Of a DNA stretch of 64,000 nt, positions 19,218 to 28,283 are shown in pieces. The notes under the pieces are model-generated. The model saw only the letters and a list, made by a program, of their open reading frames with translations. It was not told the DNA's origin and made no database searches. Made by a program: the position numbers and the translations under genes. The DNA lies in assembly GCA_937967795.1 (NCBI GenBank), contig CALBSK010000086.1, positions 1,333 to 65,332 on the forward strand, in the 5' to 3' direction. Numbering within the stretch: the stretch's first letter is position 1; the number at the start of each line of letters is the position of its first letter. The DNA comes from an uncultured Alphaproteobacteria bacterium (GTDB lineage: Bacteria; Pseudomonadota; Alphaproteobacteria; UBA9655).

Positions 19218-21047
19218 ATGACAGAAAAAACCTCTTTATCTGGAGGAGTTCCTTCACAGGACACAGAAAATTTTGCAGCTCTTTTGGAAGAATCATTTGG
19301 GAAATCTCAGAGCCTTGAAGGTCGCGTAATCAAAGGAAAAGTAATTGCCATCGAAAATGATGTTGCGATTATTGATGTAGGATTAAAGTCAGAAGGCCGT
19401 ATTTCTTTAAAGGAATTTTCAGCATCGGGTACAGAACCGGACTTAAATTTAGGAGACACTGTTGAAGTTTATTTGGAACGTCTCGAAGATAAAAATGGAG
19501 AAACCATTCTTTCTTACGAAAAAGCACGGCGTGAAGCGGCTTGGAAGGTCCTTGAAAAATCTCATGAGAAGAATGAACATGTTGATGGGGTGATTTTTGG
19601 TCGTGTAAAAGGTGGATTTACTGTTGACCTTAAGGGGGCGATTGCCTTTTTGCCAGGAAGTCAGGTCGATATTCGACCTGTGCGAGATGTTTCTCCCCTC
19701 ATTGGCGTTGCTCAACCTTTTCAAATTTTGAAAATGGATCGCAGTCGCGGAAATATCGTTGTTTCAAGGCGAGCTGTTCTTGAAGAAACCCGTGCGGAAG
19801 CTCGAAGCGAGCTTGTTTCTCGTCTGGAAGAAGGTCAAATCCTTGAAGGAATTGTTAAGAATATTACAGATTACGGAGCCTTTATTGATTTGGGAGGTAT
19901 AGACGGCCTTCTCCATGTGACTGATATTGCTTGGCATCGAGTTAATCATCCCTCTGAAATGCTTACAGTTGGACAATCTGTGAAGGTTCAAATCATTCGC
20001 TTTAATCCTGAAAATCAAAGAATTTCTTTAGGAATGAAGCAGCTAGAAAGTGATCCTTGGGCAGGAGCTGAGGTTAAATATTCAGTAGGAGAAAAGGTTA
20101 CGGGTCGCGTGTCAAATATCACGGACTATGGAGCCTTCATAGAACTAGAACCAGGAGTTGAAGGATTGGTTCATGTTACCGAGATGAGTTGGACAAAGAA
20201 AAACATGCCTCCCGGTAAGATCGTTTCAACCAGTCAAGAAGTTGAAGTAATGATTCTTGATGTTGATACGTCAAAGCGAAGAATCAGCCTGGGTATGAAA
20301 CAATGTATTCCCAACCCTTGGGCTGCTCTCCAGGAAAAGTATACGGTGGGATCGGAAATAGAAGGGGAAGTTAAAAATATCACAGAGTTTGGACTTTTCG
20401 TAGGACTTACGGATGATATCGATGGTATGGTCCATATGTCTGATATTTCTTGGGATATGCCTGGTGAAGAAGCCATTTTAGCCTATAAGAAAGGAGTGAA
20501 ACTTCGTGCTAAAATTTTGGATATTGATCCAGAAAAAGAGCGTGTGAGCCTTGGTATTAAACAACTTACAGGAGATCCTTTTCAAGAAAGCATTTCTGGT
20601 TTTAAGAAAAATTCAGTTGTAACCTGTGAAGTCACAGCAATTCTTGAAACGGGAATTGAAGTGGCCCTTGCCGGAGGCTTAAGCGGATTTATTCGAAAGA
20701 ATGAACTTTCGCGGGACCGTGCCGAACAACGTCCAGATCGCTTTGCTGTAGGAGAAAAGGTGGATGCAAAGATTACTCAAATCGATCGAGCGAATCGAAA
20801 AATTTCCCTTTCTATTAAGGCTCGTGAAACAGAAGAAGAGCGTCAGGCTATGGCTGAATATGGATCCACAGATAGTGGCGCAAGTTTGGGTGACATTTTA
20901 GGAGTGGCGCTTGAGCAAGTAAAAATAAAAGCAACCGAAGAACCTCCTAAAAAAACTAAGAAAAAAGCTGTGGGGAATACATCCGTTTTAGAAGAAAACC
21001 AAAAAAAGACGAAGGCACCAGCCAAGAAAAAAGTGTCTAAAGAATAA
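19218..21047 (+). CDS. rpsA: 30S ribosomal protein S1
   Basis: 609 aa with six S1 (OB-fold) repeats (..G.V..I..YGAFI.L..G..GL.H.S.) and a lysine-rich C-terminal tail. Confidence 0.95.
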   Translation: MTEKTSLSGGVPSQDTENFAALLEESFGKSQSLEGRVIKGKVIAIENDVAIIDVGLKSEGRISLKEFSASGTEPDLNLGDTVEVYLERLEDKNGETILSYEKARREAAWKVLEKSHEKNEHVDGVIFGRVKGGFTVDLKGAIAFLPGSQVDIRPVRDVSPLIGVAQPFQILKMDRSRGNIVVSRRAVLEETRAEARSELVSRLEEGQILEGIVKNITDYGAFIDLGGIDGLLHVTDIAWHRVNHPSEMLTVGQSVKVQIIRFNPENQRISLGMKQLESDPWAGAEVKYSVGEKVTGRVSNITDYGAFIELEPGVEGLVHVTEMSWTKKNMPPGKIVSTSQEVEVMILDVDTSKRRISLGMKQCIPNPWAALQEKYTVGSEIEGEVKNITEFGLFVGLTDDIDGMVHMSDISWDMPGEEAILAYKKGVKLRAKILDIDPEKERVSLGIKQLTGDPFQESISGFKKNSVVTCEVTAILETGIEVALAGGLSGFIRKNELSRDRAEQRPDRFAVGEKVDAKITQIDRANRKISLSIKARETEEERQAMAEYGSTDSGASLGDILGVALEQVKIKATEEPPKKTKKKAVGNTSVLEENQKKTKAPAKKKVSKE

Positions 21048-21078
21048 TCTCAGTTCAACATAAAGAATACTGATGGTT

Positions 21079-21116
21079 CCCCGGGCATCTCTGCAAAAGC
21101 GCAGAGATGCCCGGGG
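21079..21116 (+). terminator. Perfect 16-bp GC-rich hairpin downstream of rpsA (possible terminator, no U-tract)
   Basis: CCCCGGGCATCTCTGC-aaaagc-GCAGAGATGCCCGGGG, 32 nt after the rpsA stop. It is followed by an A-rich rather than a T-rich run. Confidence 0.4.
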
Positions 21117-21195
21117 AAAACTAAAAAAATCGTTATCGCGAGCCTTAGAACCCCCCTGTAAATAGAAGACCATAAAGCTGTCATGCTGAACTTGT

Positions 21196-21471
21196 TTAGG
21201 ATCTTTTTGAATATTTTTTTATGGTGAGCAAGTTCAGATAGAAGGGAGAGTCGTTAGTGGTAGAAGAGGGATGAGCAGAGCGCGCTCTCAAATAGCGGCG
21301 TAACGAAGCGAGCCCATTAAATTCAGTCAATGGAAATGCTAATTAGGTCGGTCAACTTCACGTGTCATTGACACCAAATTTTTCAATTAATTTCTTAGTT
21401 TTTGCTGACTTATGAAAGGCCACGTTATCCATAAGAAGGTCAGTGCCTTTTGGTAAGGTAGATAATATTTC
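21196..21471 (-). pseudogene. IS630/Tc1-mariner-family transposase remnant (C-terminal DDE region, in-frame stops)
   Basis: One minus-strand frame reads ..LPKGTDLLMDNVAFHKSAKTKKLIEKFGVNDT*S*PT*LAFPLTEFNGLASLRRYLRA.., which resembles the IS630 pattern (..DN..FHKS..V...IE..G......PYSPELNPIE..W..LKR.L). It has no start codon and three in-frame stops. Confidence 0.55.
21232..21249 (+). repeat. Dispersed repeat core, copy 1 (GTTCAGATAGAAGGGAGA)
   Basis: Identical 18-mer at 45222-45239 and a 17/18 match at 63954-63971. An overlapping 17-mer occurs on the opposite strand at 38462-38478. An inverted partner CTGAACTTG lies at 21186-21194. Confidence 0.8.
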
Positions 21472-21497
21472 TTAGCGAAAATTTTAAGTATTTCAGT

Positions 21498-21584
21498 TGG
21501 TGCCCCCGGGGAGAGTCGAACTCCCACATCCTTTCAGATAACAGATTTTGAGTCTGCCGCGTCTGCCAGTTCCGCCACAGGGGC
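21498..21584 (-). tRNA. tRNA-Leu (anticodon CAA)
   Basis: 87 nt. Reverse complement is GCCCCTG..CTCAAAA anticodon loop..long variable arm..GGTTCGA-like T-loop (GAGTTCGACTCTC)..CCGGGGGCACCA. Encoded CCA and a type II cloverleaf. Confidence 0.93.
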
Positions 21585-21645
21585 TTGTGTCGTGTATCAT
21601 AGCGGCGCTCCCTTGTCCGTCAATAGGAAAATGGGGCTTTCCCTT

Positions 21646-22260
21646 TTAAGTTTTCGTGCTTTCCTCAAAATTCTTTTGAGCAAAGTCCCAATTTGCAAGA
21701 TGGGTAAGAAAAATATCAATGTAATCGAGACGCCGGTTTTGATAGTCAAGATAATAAGCATGCTCCCACACATCACATGTTAAGAGAGCCCGTTGATCAT
21801 GAACAAGGGGGAGGTCAGCATTGGGGGTTTTCGTCACTTTTAAGGTGCCATTTTTATCCAAAACAAGCCATGCCCAGCCACTCCCAAATTGTCCCACTCC
21901 AGTTTGCTTGAAAAGTTTACAAAACTCTTCAAAGCTTCCAAAATCCCTTGTGATTTTTGTTTCTAAAGATCCTTTAGGCGCCCCCCCTCCTTGAGGTGTC
22001 ATGGAATGCCAATAAAAGGTATGGTTCCATACTTGGGCAGCGTTATTAAAGATACCCACCTTATCGGCATTATGAGCTGAAGCAAGAATGATTTCCTCTA
22101 AAGATTTTTTTTCAAGTTCCGTTCCCAGAATAAGGTTGTTTAAATTAGTGACATAAGCTTGATGATGCTTCCCATAGTGAAACTGAAGAGTGCGTACCGA
22201 AATGTGAGGCTCAAGGGCGTCTTCTTTATAGGGAAGAGAGGGAAGTGCAAAAGCCATCAT
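21646..22260 (-). CDS. sodB: Superoxide dismutase [Fe]
   Basis: 204 aa with HHQAYV, AAQVWNHTFYW and DVWEHAYYLDYQNRR metal-ligand motifs. The AQ.WNH context is Fe-type. Confidence 0.9.
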   Translation of the reverse strand: MMAFALPSLPYKEDALEPHISVRTLQFHYGKHHQAYVTNLNNLILGTELEKKSLEEIILASAHNADKVGIFNNAAQVWNHTFYWHSMTPQGGGAPKGSLETKITRDFGSFEEFCKLFKQTGVGQFGSGWAWLVLDKNGTLKVTKTPNADLPLVHDQRALLTCDVWEHAYYLDYQNRRLDYIDIFLTHLANWDFAQKNFEESTKT

Positions 22261-22439
22261 GGGTCTCCTTATTTATATATTTTAGAGAGTTTAGAGATTT
22301 TTTAAAAGTTTGGGAAGGGCTTAGACAATGAGAGGAGACGATAGTTGCAGAGAAGCTTCTCAGACGTTTTATCGCCATTAGTTTGAGTAAGAGGGTTGAC
22401 TCCAAAGGGAGAAACTGTTTCATTAAAGTTAATCAAGAA

Positions 22440-24638
22440 ATGATACCTGCGCCGCTTAAAAATATGTCCTTTGAAGGTCAAGAAATTACAAATCCTGCCT
22501 TTTTAGAACAACTCCGTTTTTTAAATCCTGCCCAACGACAGGCCATTGACATTACAGAAGGCCCTCTTTTGGTGTTGGCGGGAGCTGGGACGGGGAAAAC
22601 CCGCGTTCTCACAACACGTCTCGCTGCCATTCTTTTAAGCCGGAAAGCTTGGCCTTCACAAGTTTTAGCTGTGACGTTTACCAACAAAGCAGCCCATGAA
22701 ATGCGTGAGCGCGTGTCAAGTTTGGTAGGGGGATCGGCAGAAGGTTTGTGGTTAGGAACTTTTCATTCCATTTGTGTTCGCATTTTAAGACGATATGCAG
22801 AACTCTTAAAACTCGAAAGTTCCTTTACGATTTTAGATGCAGATGATCAATTACGGCTTATTAAACAAATTATTAAGGCAGAAGAGATTGATGAAAAAAA
22901 ATACCCACCCCGGGTTTTGGCTTCGATTATAAGCCGTTGGAAGGATCGAGCGCTCACCCCGGAAAAAGTTTTAGCGCCAGCTTCCGAATTTGAAAAAATA
23001 GCTCTTCATGTCTATGGAATTTATCAAGATCGCCTCCGCGTTTTAAATGCCGTCGATTTTGGAGACCTGATTCTTTACTGTTTAAAACTTTTTGTAGAAC
23101 ATACGGAGGTTCTTGCTCACTACACCACTCAATTTCGTTATATTCTTGTGGATGAATATCAAGATACAAATGTGGCTCAATATCTTTGGCTTCGGCTTTT
23201 GGCTCAAGGGACGGGGAATATTTGCTGCGTTGGAGATGACGACCAATCGATCTATGGGTGGCGAGGCGCTGAAGTGGGAAATATTCTGCGCTTTGAAAAA
23301 GATTTCTCAGGTGCCATTATTATTCGTCTGGAGCAAAACTATCGCTCAAACGCTCATATTTTAGGGGCAGCCTCAACACTTATTGCTCAAAATGCGGGCC
23401 GATTTGGGAAAACCTTATGGACCGAACAAAAGGGGGGAGAAAAAGTTCGTATCCAAGGAATATGGGATGGGGAAGAAGAAGCCCGTTTCATAGGGGATGA
23501 AGTGGAAGCGCTCCATCGAAAGGGACAATCTCTTAATGAAATGGCTATCCTTGTGAGAGCGGGATTCCAAACCCGCGAATTTGAAGAACGCTTTATCACC
23601 CTTGGTGTTCCCTATCGCGTCATTGGAGGGCCTCGCTTTTATGAACGATTAGAAATTCGGGATGCGCTTGCTTATATGCGTATCGTCGTGCAACCTAGCG
23701 ATAGCCTTGCTTTCGAGCGTATTATCAATACACCTAAACGAGGTATAGGGACGCGTACACTTCAAATCCTTCATCAATATGCGCGTTATGAAGAAATTTC
23801 TCTTACAGAAGCTGCCCTGCGTCTTATGGATACGGATGAATTACAGGGAAAAGCCAAAATGACTCTTCATAACCTGTTGTTGGATATTCAGAGGTGGCGC
23901 AAACAGTTGGAGACAACTTCCCATGGAGAGCTTGCACGCCTCATCCTTGATGAATCAGGATATACAGCTATGTGGCAGGAAGATAAATCTCCTGAAGCGC
24001 CGGGGCGTCTTGAGAACCTCAAAGAATTTGTGAACGCTATTGATGAGTTTGAAAGTTTGCCCGCCTTTTTAGAACATGTGAGTCTAGTGATGGAAAATAC
24101 GCGAGGCACCCGTGCAGAAATGGTGAATATTATGACCCTTCATAGTGCAAAAGGCCTTGAATTTAATACAGTTTTTCTGGCAGGATGGGAAGAAGGGCTT
24201 TTCCCTCATCCCCGCACCATGCGGGACGGAGGGGAAGGGGGCCTCGAAGAAGAGCGGCGTTTGGCTTACGTGGGTCTCACCCGTGCACGAGAGAAGGTCA
24301 TTATTACTTTTGCAGCTAATAGGCGGATTCACAACCAGTGGCAGTCAAGCATAGCTTCACGTTTTATCGCAGAACTTCCTTCTGCGCATAGTGAACGGAA
24401 CCTTATGGGGAAACTTCATCAGCCTTTTATTCGCCGAACTGTCGCACCTAAACTTCAAGCAGCAGAAACAGCTTCTCCCTCTTTAAATGAAAAGGATTTT
24501 CAGATTGGGGGACGTGTTTTTCATTTAAAATTTGGCTATGGTCGCATTATTGAAATCGAAGGAGATAAACTTGAAATTGATTTTGACCATACGGGTATCA
24601 AAAAGCTGATGAAAAGTTTTATAAAAGACGCTCAATGA
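22440..24638 (+). CDS. uvrD: ATP-dependent DNA helicase, UvrD/PcrA/Rep family (DNA helicase II)
   Basis: SF1 motifs AGAGTGKT, VDEYQDTN, QNYRS, TLHSAKGLEF and YVGLTRAR. The ORF track starts at TTG 22383. The ATG at 22440 or 22464 is more plausible. Confidence 0.9.
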   Translation: MIPAPLKNMSFEGQEITNPAFLEQLRFLNPAQRQAIDITEGPLLVLAGAGTGKTRVLTTRLAAILLSRKAWPSQVLAVTFTNKAAHEMRERVSSLVGGSAEGLWLGTFHSICVRILRRYAELLKLESSFTILDADDQLRLIKQIIKAEEIDEKKYPPRVLASIISRWKDRALTPEKVLAPASEFEKIALHVYGIYQDRLRVLNAVDFGDLILYCLKLFVEHTEVLAHYTTQFRYILVDEYQDTNVAQYLWLRLLAQGTGNICCVGDDDQSIYGWRGAEVGNILRFEKDFSGAIIIRLEQNYRSNAHILGAASTLIAQNAGRFGKTLWTEQKGGEKVRIQGIWDGEEEARFIGDEVEALHRKGQSLNEMAILVRAGFQTREFEERFITLGVPYRVIGGPRFYERLEIRDALAYMRIVVQPSDSLAFERIINTPKRGIGTRTLQILHQYARYEEISLTEAALRLMDTDELQGKAKMTLHNLLLDIQRWRKQLETTSHGELARLILDESGYTAMWQEDKSPEAPGRLENLKEFVNAIDEFESLPAFLEHVSLVMENTRGTRAEMVNIMTLHSAKGLEFNTVFLAGWEEGLFPHPRTMRDGGEGGLEEERRLAYVGLTRAREKVIITFAANRRIHNQWQSSIASRFIAELPSAHSERNLMGKLHQPFIRRTVAPKLQAAETASPSLNEKDFQIGGRVFHLKFGYGRIIEIEGDKLEIDFDHTGIKKLMKSFIKDAQ

Positions 24639-24809
24639 ATGATAGTTTTTGTTTTATAGGACATGCTTCAAAAACGGGCTCTTAATGAGGTTAAGTTCGT
24701 TAGCCGATCTCGACTAAAAATAATATTTAATCCTCTCAGAAACAACAGGAAAGTCCCTTAAAAAGATCAACCCGTACCTTCTCCAGACCGTGGGGGAGAG
24801 AGCAAAGAG

Positions 24810-25493
24810 TTACTTCTTTTCTTCAAGATTTCCTTCATGAAGGATAAGAGTACGATCCATGCGTTTAGCAAGATCCATATTATGGGTGGCGATCAATGCG
24901 GCAAGATTTTCTTTTCGGACAAACTGGATGAGTTTTTCGAATACGGCTTGAGCGGTGTACTCATCTAAATTCCCTGTAGGTTCATCTGCAAGAAGAATCT
25001 GAGGGCGATTGGCTAAAGCTCTTACAATAGCTACCCTTTGTTGTTCACCTCCTGAAAGGCGGGCTGGGCGGTGAGTCGCTCTTTCTAAGAGACCCACTTC
25101 TTTCAATAAATTTTTGGCGCGGACAGCGGCTTCTTTAAAAGACTTTCCTGCAATCATTTGAGGAAGAATAATATTTTCTTCAGCATTAAATTCGGGAAGA
25201 AGGTGATGAAATTGATAAACAAAGCCTAAGACTGTTCGGCGAATGTGTGTACGCTCAGTATCGTTTAAACGCGTACACGGGTTCCCCTCAATAATGATTT
25301 CTCCGCCCTCTACCTTTTCAAGAAGCCCTGCCGTTTGAAGGAGGGTCGATTTTCCAGATCCTGAAGGTCCGACGAGGGCGACAATCTCTCCTGGGTAAAG
25401 ATCCAGGTGAATTCCTTTCAGAACGTGAAGAGTTTCTGACCCTTGATGAAAAGTGCGTTTTACAGCTTTTAAAGAAAGAATAGGCTTATTCAT
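24810..25493 (-). CDS. lolD: Lipoprotein-releasing ABC transporter, ATP-binding protein
   Basis: 227 aa with GPSGSGKST, LSGGEQQRVAIVRAL and LLADEPTGNLD. It overlaps the upstream permease gene. Confidence 0.88.
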   Translation of the reverse strand: MNKPILSLKAVKRTFHQGSETLHVLKGIHLDLYPGEIVALVGPSGSGKSTLLQTAGLLEKVEGGEIIIEGNPCTRLNDTERTHIRRTVLGFVYQFHHLLPEFNAEENIILPQMIAGKSFKEAAVRAKNLLKEVGLLERATHRPARLSGGEQQRVAIVRALANRPQILLADEPTGNLDEYTAQAVFEKLIQFVRKENLAALIATHNMDLAKRMDRTLILHEGNLEEKK

Positions 25494-26748
25494 AACGAAG
25501 GGCCTCCACGGGATCTAAACGAGAGGCTCTCCAGGCCGGATATAAGGATGCAAGAAACGTTAATAACAGAGCAACAATGACGACAAGAAAGACCTCATAA
25601 GGATCAACTCGAGCAGGGAGTTTCGAGAGGAAATAAATTTCGGCACGAAAGAGCTCTGTTCCCGAAAGAGATTCAATAAATTTTCGAATAAAGTCGATGT
25701 TCCAAGAAAATAACAGACCAAAAGATGCTCCTGTAAGAGCTCCGAAAGCTCCAATAGAAGATCCTGCAATAAAAAAGATTCGCATCATCATCCCTTGGGT
25801 TGCACCCATGGTTCGTAAAATAGCAATATCGCGACCTTTATCTTTGACCAACATAATCAAGGTGGAAATCACATTAAAAGAAGCGACTAAAATGATAAGG
25901 GTTAGAATGATAAACATCACATTGCGTTCAACTTTAATGGTGCTAAAAAAGTCCTTATTGGCTTGCTGCCAATCAAAAAGTCGAATATTTCTTCCCTGAA
26001 GAAGGGAAAGAATTTCTGTCTTATAGGAAGATATTTTTTCAGGGTTTTCGGTAAAAATTTCAATTCCTGTGACCCCCTCTCCAAGCCGAAAAAACTTTTG
26101 AGCTGATGCGAGAGGAATAAAAACAAGAGTTAAATCATATTGAATCATTCCCGCATCAAAAACCGCAGCTATCTCAAAGGTTCGGGTGCGAGGCAGGGTC
26201 CCAAAGGCTGTGGCATTTCCTTCGGGCGCCACCAGGGTAATTTTATCTCCCAATACTAATCCTAATTTTTCTGCAAGGCGTTTACCCACTATAGCTGAAT
26301 GAGGTCTATCGAAAAGACGCAATTGGCCCGCCACAAGATTTCTTGCAATCGTTTCTCGGACTTCCAGATCAGAGAGGTTCATTCCATGAACTTGAACACC
26401 TGTGGCGTTCCCGTGAGCCGTTGCCATTGCTTGCCCTTCCACAAGGGGGTTAGCGCCTGTAATTCCCGGAAGTTTTTTTATTTCTTCTGTCAATACGTTA
26501 AAATCAGAGAGGGATCCCATATTACTATAAATGGCCAAATGGCCATTCATGCCAATGATCCGGCTGAGGAGTTCATGGCGAAATCCATTCATCACAGACA
26601 TAACGATGATAAGGGCAGCCACACCGAGAGCGATGCCAAGAAAAGAAAACCAAGCTGTTACAGAAATAAACCCTTCTTGCCGTCGGGCTCTTAAATACCG
26701 AAACGCCACCCATCGTTCAAAAGCTGAAAACACGCTTTGTCCTCTCAT
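25486..26748 (-). CDS. Lipoprotein-releasing system permease (LolC/LolE family, FtsX fold)
   Basis: FtsX-type 4-TM topology with a large periplasmic loop and N-terminus MRGQSVFSAFERWVAFRYL. The ORF track extends to 26802, but the ATG at 26748 fits the family N-terminus. Confidence 0.85.
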   Translation of the reverse strand: MRGQSVFSAFERWVAFRYLRARRQEGFISVTAWFSFLGIALGVAALIIVMSVMNGFRHELLSRIIGMNGHLAIYSNMGSLSDFNVLTEEIKKLPGITGANPLVEGQAMATAHGNATGVQVHGMNLSDLEVRETIARNLVAGQLRLFDRPHSAIVGKRLAEKLGLVLGDKITLVAPEGNATAFGTLPRTRTFEIAAVFDAGMIQYDLTLVFIPLASAQKFFRLGEGVTGIEIFTENPEKISSYKTEILSLLQGRNIRLFDWQQANKDFFSTIKVERNVMFIILTLIILVASFNVISTLIMLVKDKGRDIAILRTMGATQGMMMRIFFIAGSSIGAFGALTGASFGLLFSWNIDFIRKFIESLSGTELFRAEIYFLSKLPARVDPYEVFLVVIVALLLTFLASLYPAWRASRLDPVEALRYE

Positions 26749-26853
26749 AATCTTTTTTGCAGTATGCCAGAAACAAAAAAGGAAAACCATCGTTGTGAGC
26801 AATTGCTCTTTTAAAGAAAAGGGAGAAGAGTTTGTTCGCGAAGACCATAACTT

Positions 26854-27525
26854 TCAAATCAATCTTTTCTCTCGGAGAGAGGTATGACCAAACCGTCCGA
26901 TAATGAGGTGATCGAGAACGTGAATTTCGAGTTCTTTCGCAGCTTTCATCACTTTCCGAGTAATATCAATATCGGCTTGAGAGGGTGTTGGATCTCCACT
27001 GGGATGATTGTGGACCATAATAAGACTGGAAGCCCCTAACTCGAGCGTACGTTTGACTACTTCTCGGGGGAAAATGGGGGTACTGTTCACCGTTCCTTGT
27101 TGCTGAACTTCATCGGCAATAATTTTGTTTTTTTGATCCAGAAACAAGAGGCGAAATTGCTCCACCCTTAAATGGGACATCCGTGCTCGGCAGTAATCAA
27201 TGACCGTTTGCCACGACTGCAAAATGGGTTGGGCGACTGCTTCTTCCCTTATAAAACGGCAAGAAATTTCATGAGTCGCTTTGAGTGCCGCAATGGTTGC
27301 GTCTCCCATACCCGGAATGGATTTGAGTTTTTCCATATCTGCTGACAAAAGGCCTGAAAGCCCTCCGCATTCTTGAAGAAGTTTTTTGGCCAGCGGCTTC
27401 ACATCGCCTCGTGAAATAACCCCAAAAAGAAGCAGTTCAATAAGTTCGTAATCGGGGATGGCTTTCTCCCCCCCTTTGAGGAAACGTTCTCTTAAGCGCT
27501 TGCGGTGGCCTATATGGTCTGTCAT
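26854..27525 (-). CDS. radC: RadC-family JAB/MPN domain protein
   Basis: 223 aa. N-terminal HhH region and JAMM motif HNHPSGDPTPSQADI. Confidence 0.85.
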   Translation of the reverse strand: MTDHIGHRKRLRERFLKGGEKAIPDYELIELLLFGVISRGDVKPLAKKLLQECGGLSGLLSADMEKLKSIPGMGDATIAALKATHEISCRFIREEAVAQPILQSWQTVIDYCRARMSHLRVEQFRLLFLDQKNKIIADEVQQQGTVNSTPIFPREVVKRTLELGASSLIMVHNHPSGDPTPSQADIDITRKVMKAAKELEIHVLDHLIIGRFGHTSLREKRLI

Positions 27526-28283
27526 TGGGTAAAAATCTCATGTCCTGATGCTGTGACACCTAGGCTATGTTCAAATTGAGCTGAAAGAGATTTATCCCGT
27601 GTAACGGCCGTCCATCCATCGTTTAATACTTTAACTTCATACCGCCCTGCATTCACCATAGGCTCGATCGTAAAAAACATGCCTTCCTTAAGTTCAATTC
27701 CCGTATGTGGTTTTCCATAATGAAGAATTTCAGGAGCATCATGAAAGACACGTCCCAATCCATGACCGCAAAAGTCTCTTACAACCGAAAATCCCCTGGC
27801 TTCTATATAATTTTGAATAGCATAGCCAATATCGCCCAAACATGCACCAGGGCGCACAACTTCGATGGCCCTCATCATGGCTTCATAGGTTGCCTCAATG
27901 AGATGTTGCGCTTTGAGAGAAATTTTTCCAATTGAAAACATTCGACTCGTGTCCCCATACCACCCTTCTAAAATGACCGTTACATCAATATTCAGAATAT
28001 CCCCGCGCTGAAGTTTTTTAGGTCCTGGAATTCCATGACATACGACATGATTTGGAGACGTACAAATGGATTTGGGAAATCCTTTATAATTTAAGGGAGC
28101 AGGAATGGCGTGATGACTTATGATATACTCATGACAAAGGTCATTAAGCTCTTGCGTCGTCACGCCCTCTTTGACATAAGGGGCAATAAAGTCAAGGGTG
28201 CGAGCCGCAAGATTTCCCGCTTTCCGCATTCCCTCAAAATCAGAAGATGTATGAAGGACTATATTCCTATTAGATTCAATCAT
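27522..28283 (-). CDS. map: Methionine aminopeptidase, type I
   Basis: 253 aa with metal ligand contexts HGIPG, DVTVILEGWYGD, GHGLG, TIEP and FEH. ATGA-type overlap with radC. Confidence 0.93.
   Translation of the reverse strand: MIESNRNIVLHTSSDFEGMRKAGNLAARTLDFIAPYVKEGVTTQELNDLCHEYIISHHAIPAPLNYKGFPKSICTSPNHVVCHGIPGPKKLQRGDILNIDVTVILEGWYGDTSRMFSIGKISLKAQHLIEATYEAMMRAIEVVRPGACLGDIGYAIQNYIEARGFSVVRDFCGHGLGRVFHDAPEILHYGKPHTGIELKEGMFFTIEPMVNAGRYEVKVLNDGWTAVTRDKSLSAQFEHSLGVTASGHEIFTQ

Noticed and set aside
22383-22439. N-terminal extensions in the ORF track that use upstream TTG/GTG or early ATG codons (uvrD 22383, gltX 10956, tilS 34427, lolE 26802, ybeY 44186, SH3 40741, acs 48231, carbonic anhydrase 52328, hlyD 54790).
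   Set aside because: The extensions overlap the preceding gene or add residues foreign to the family N-termini. Downstream ATGs, several with SD-like sequences or ATGA coupling, give canonical N-termini. Start positions remain predictions.
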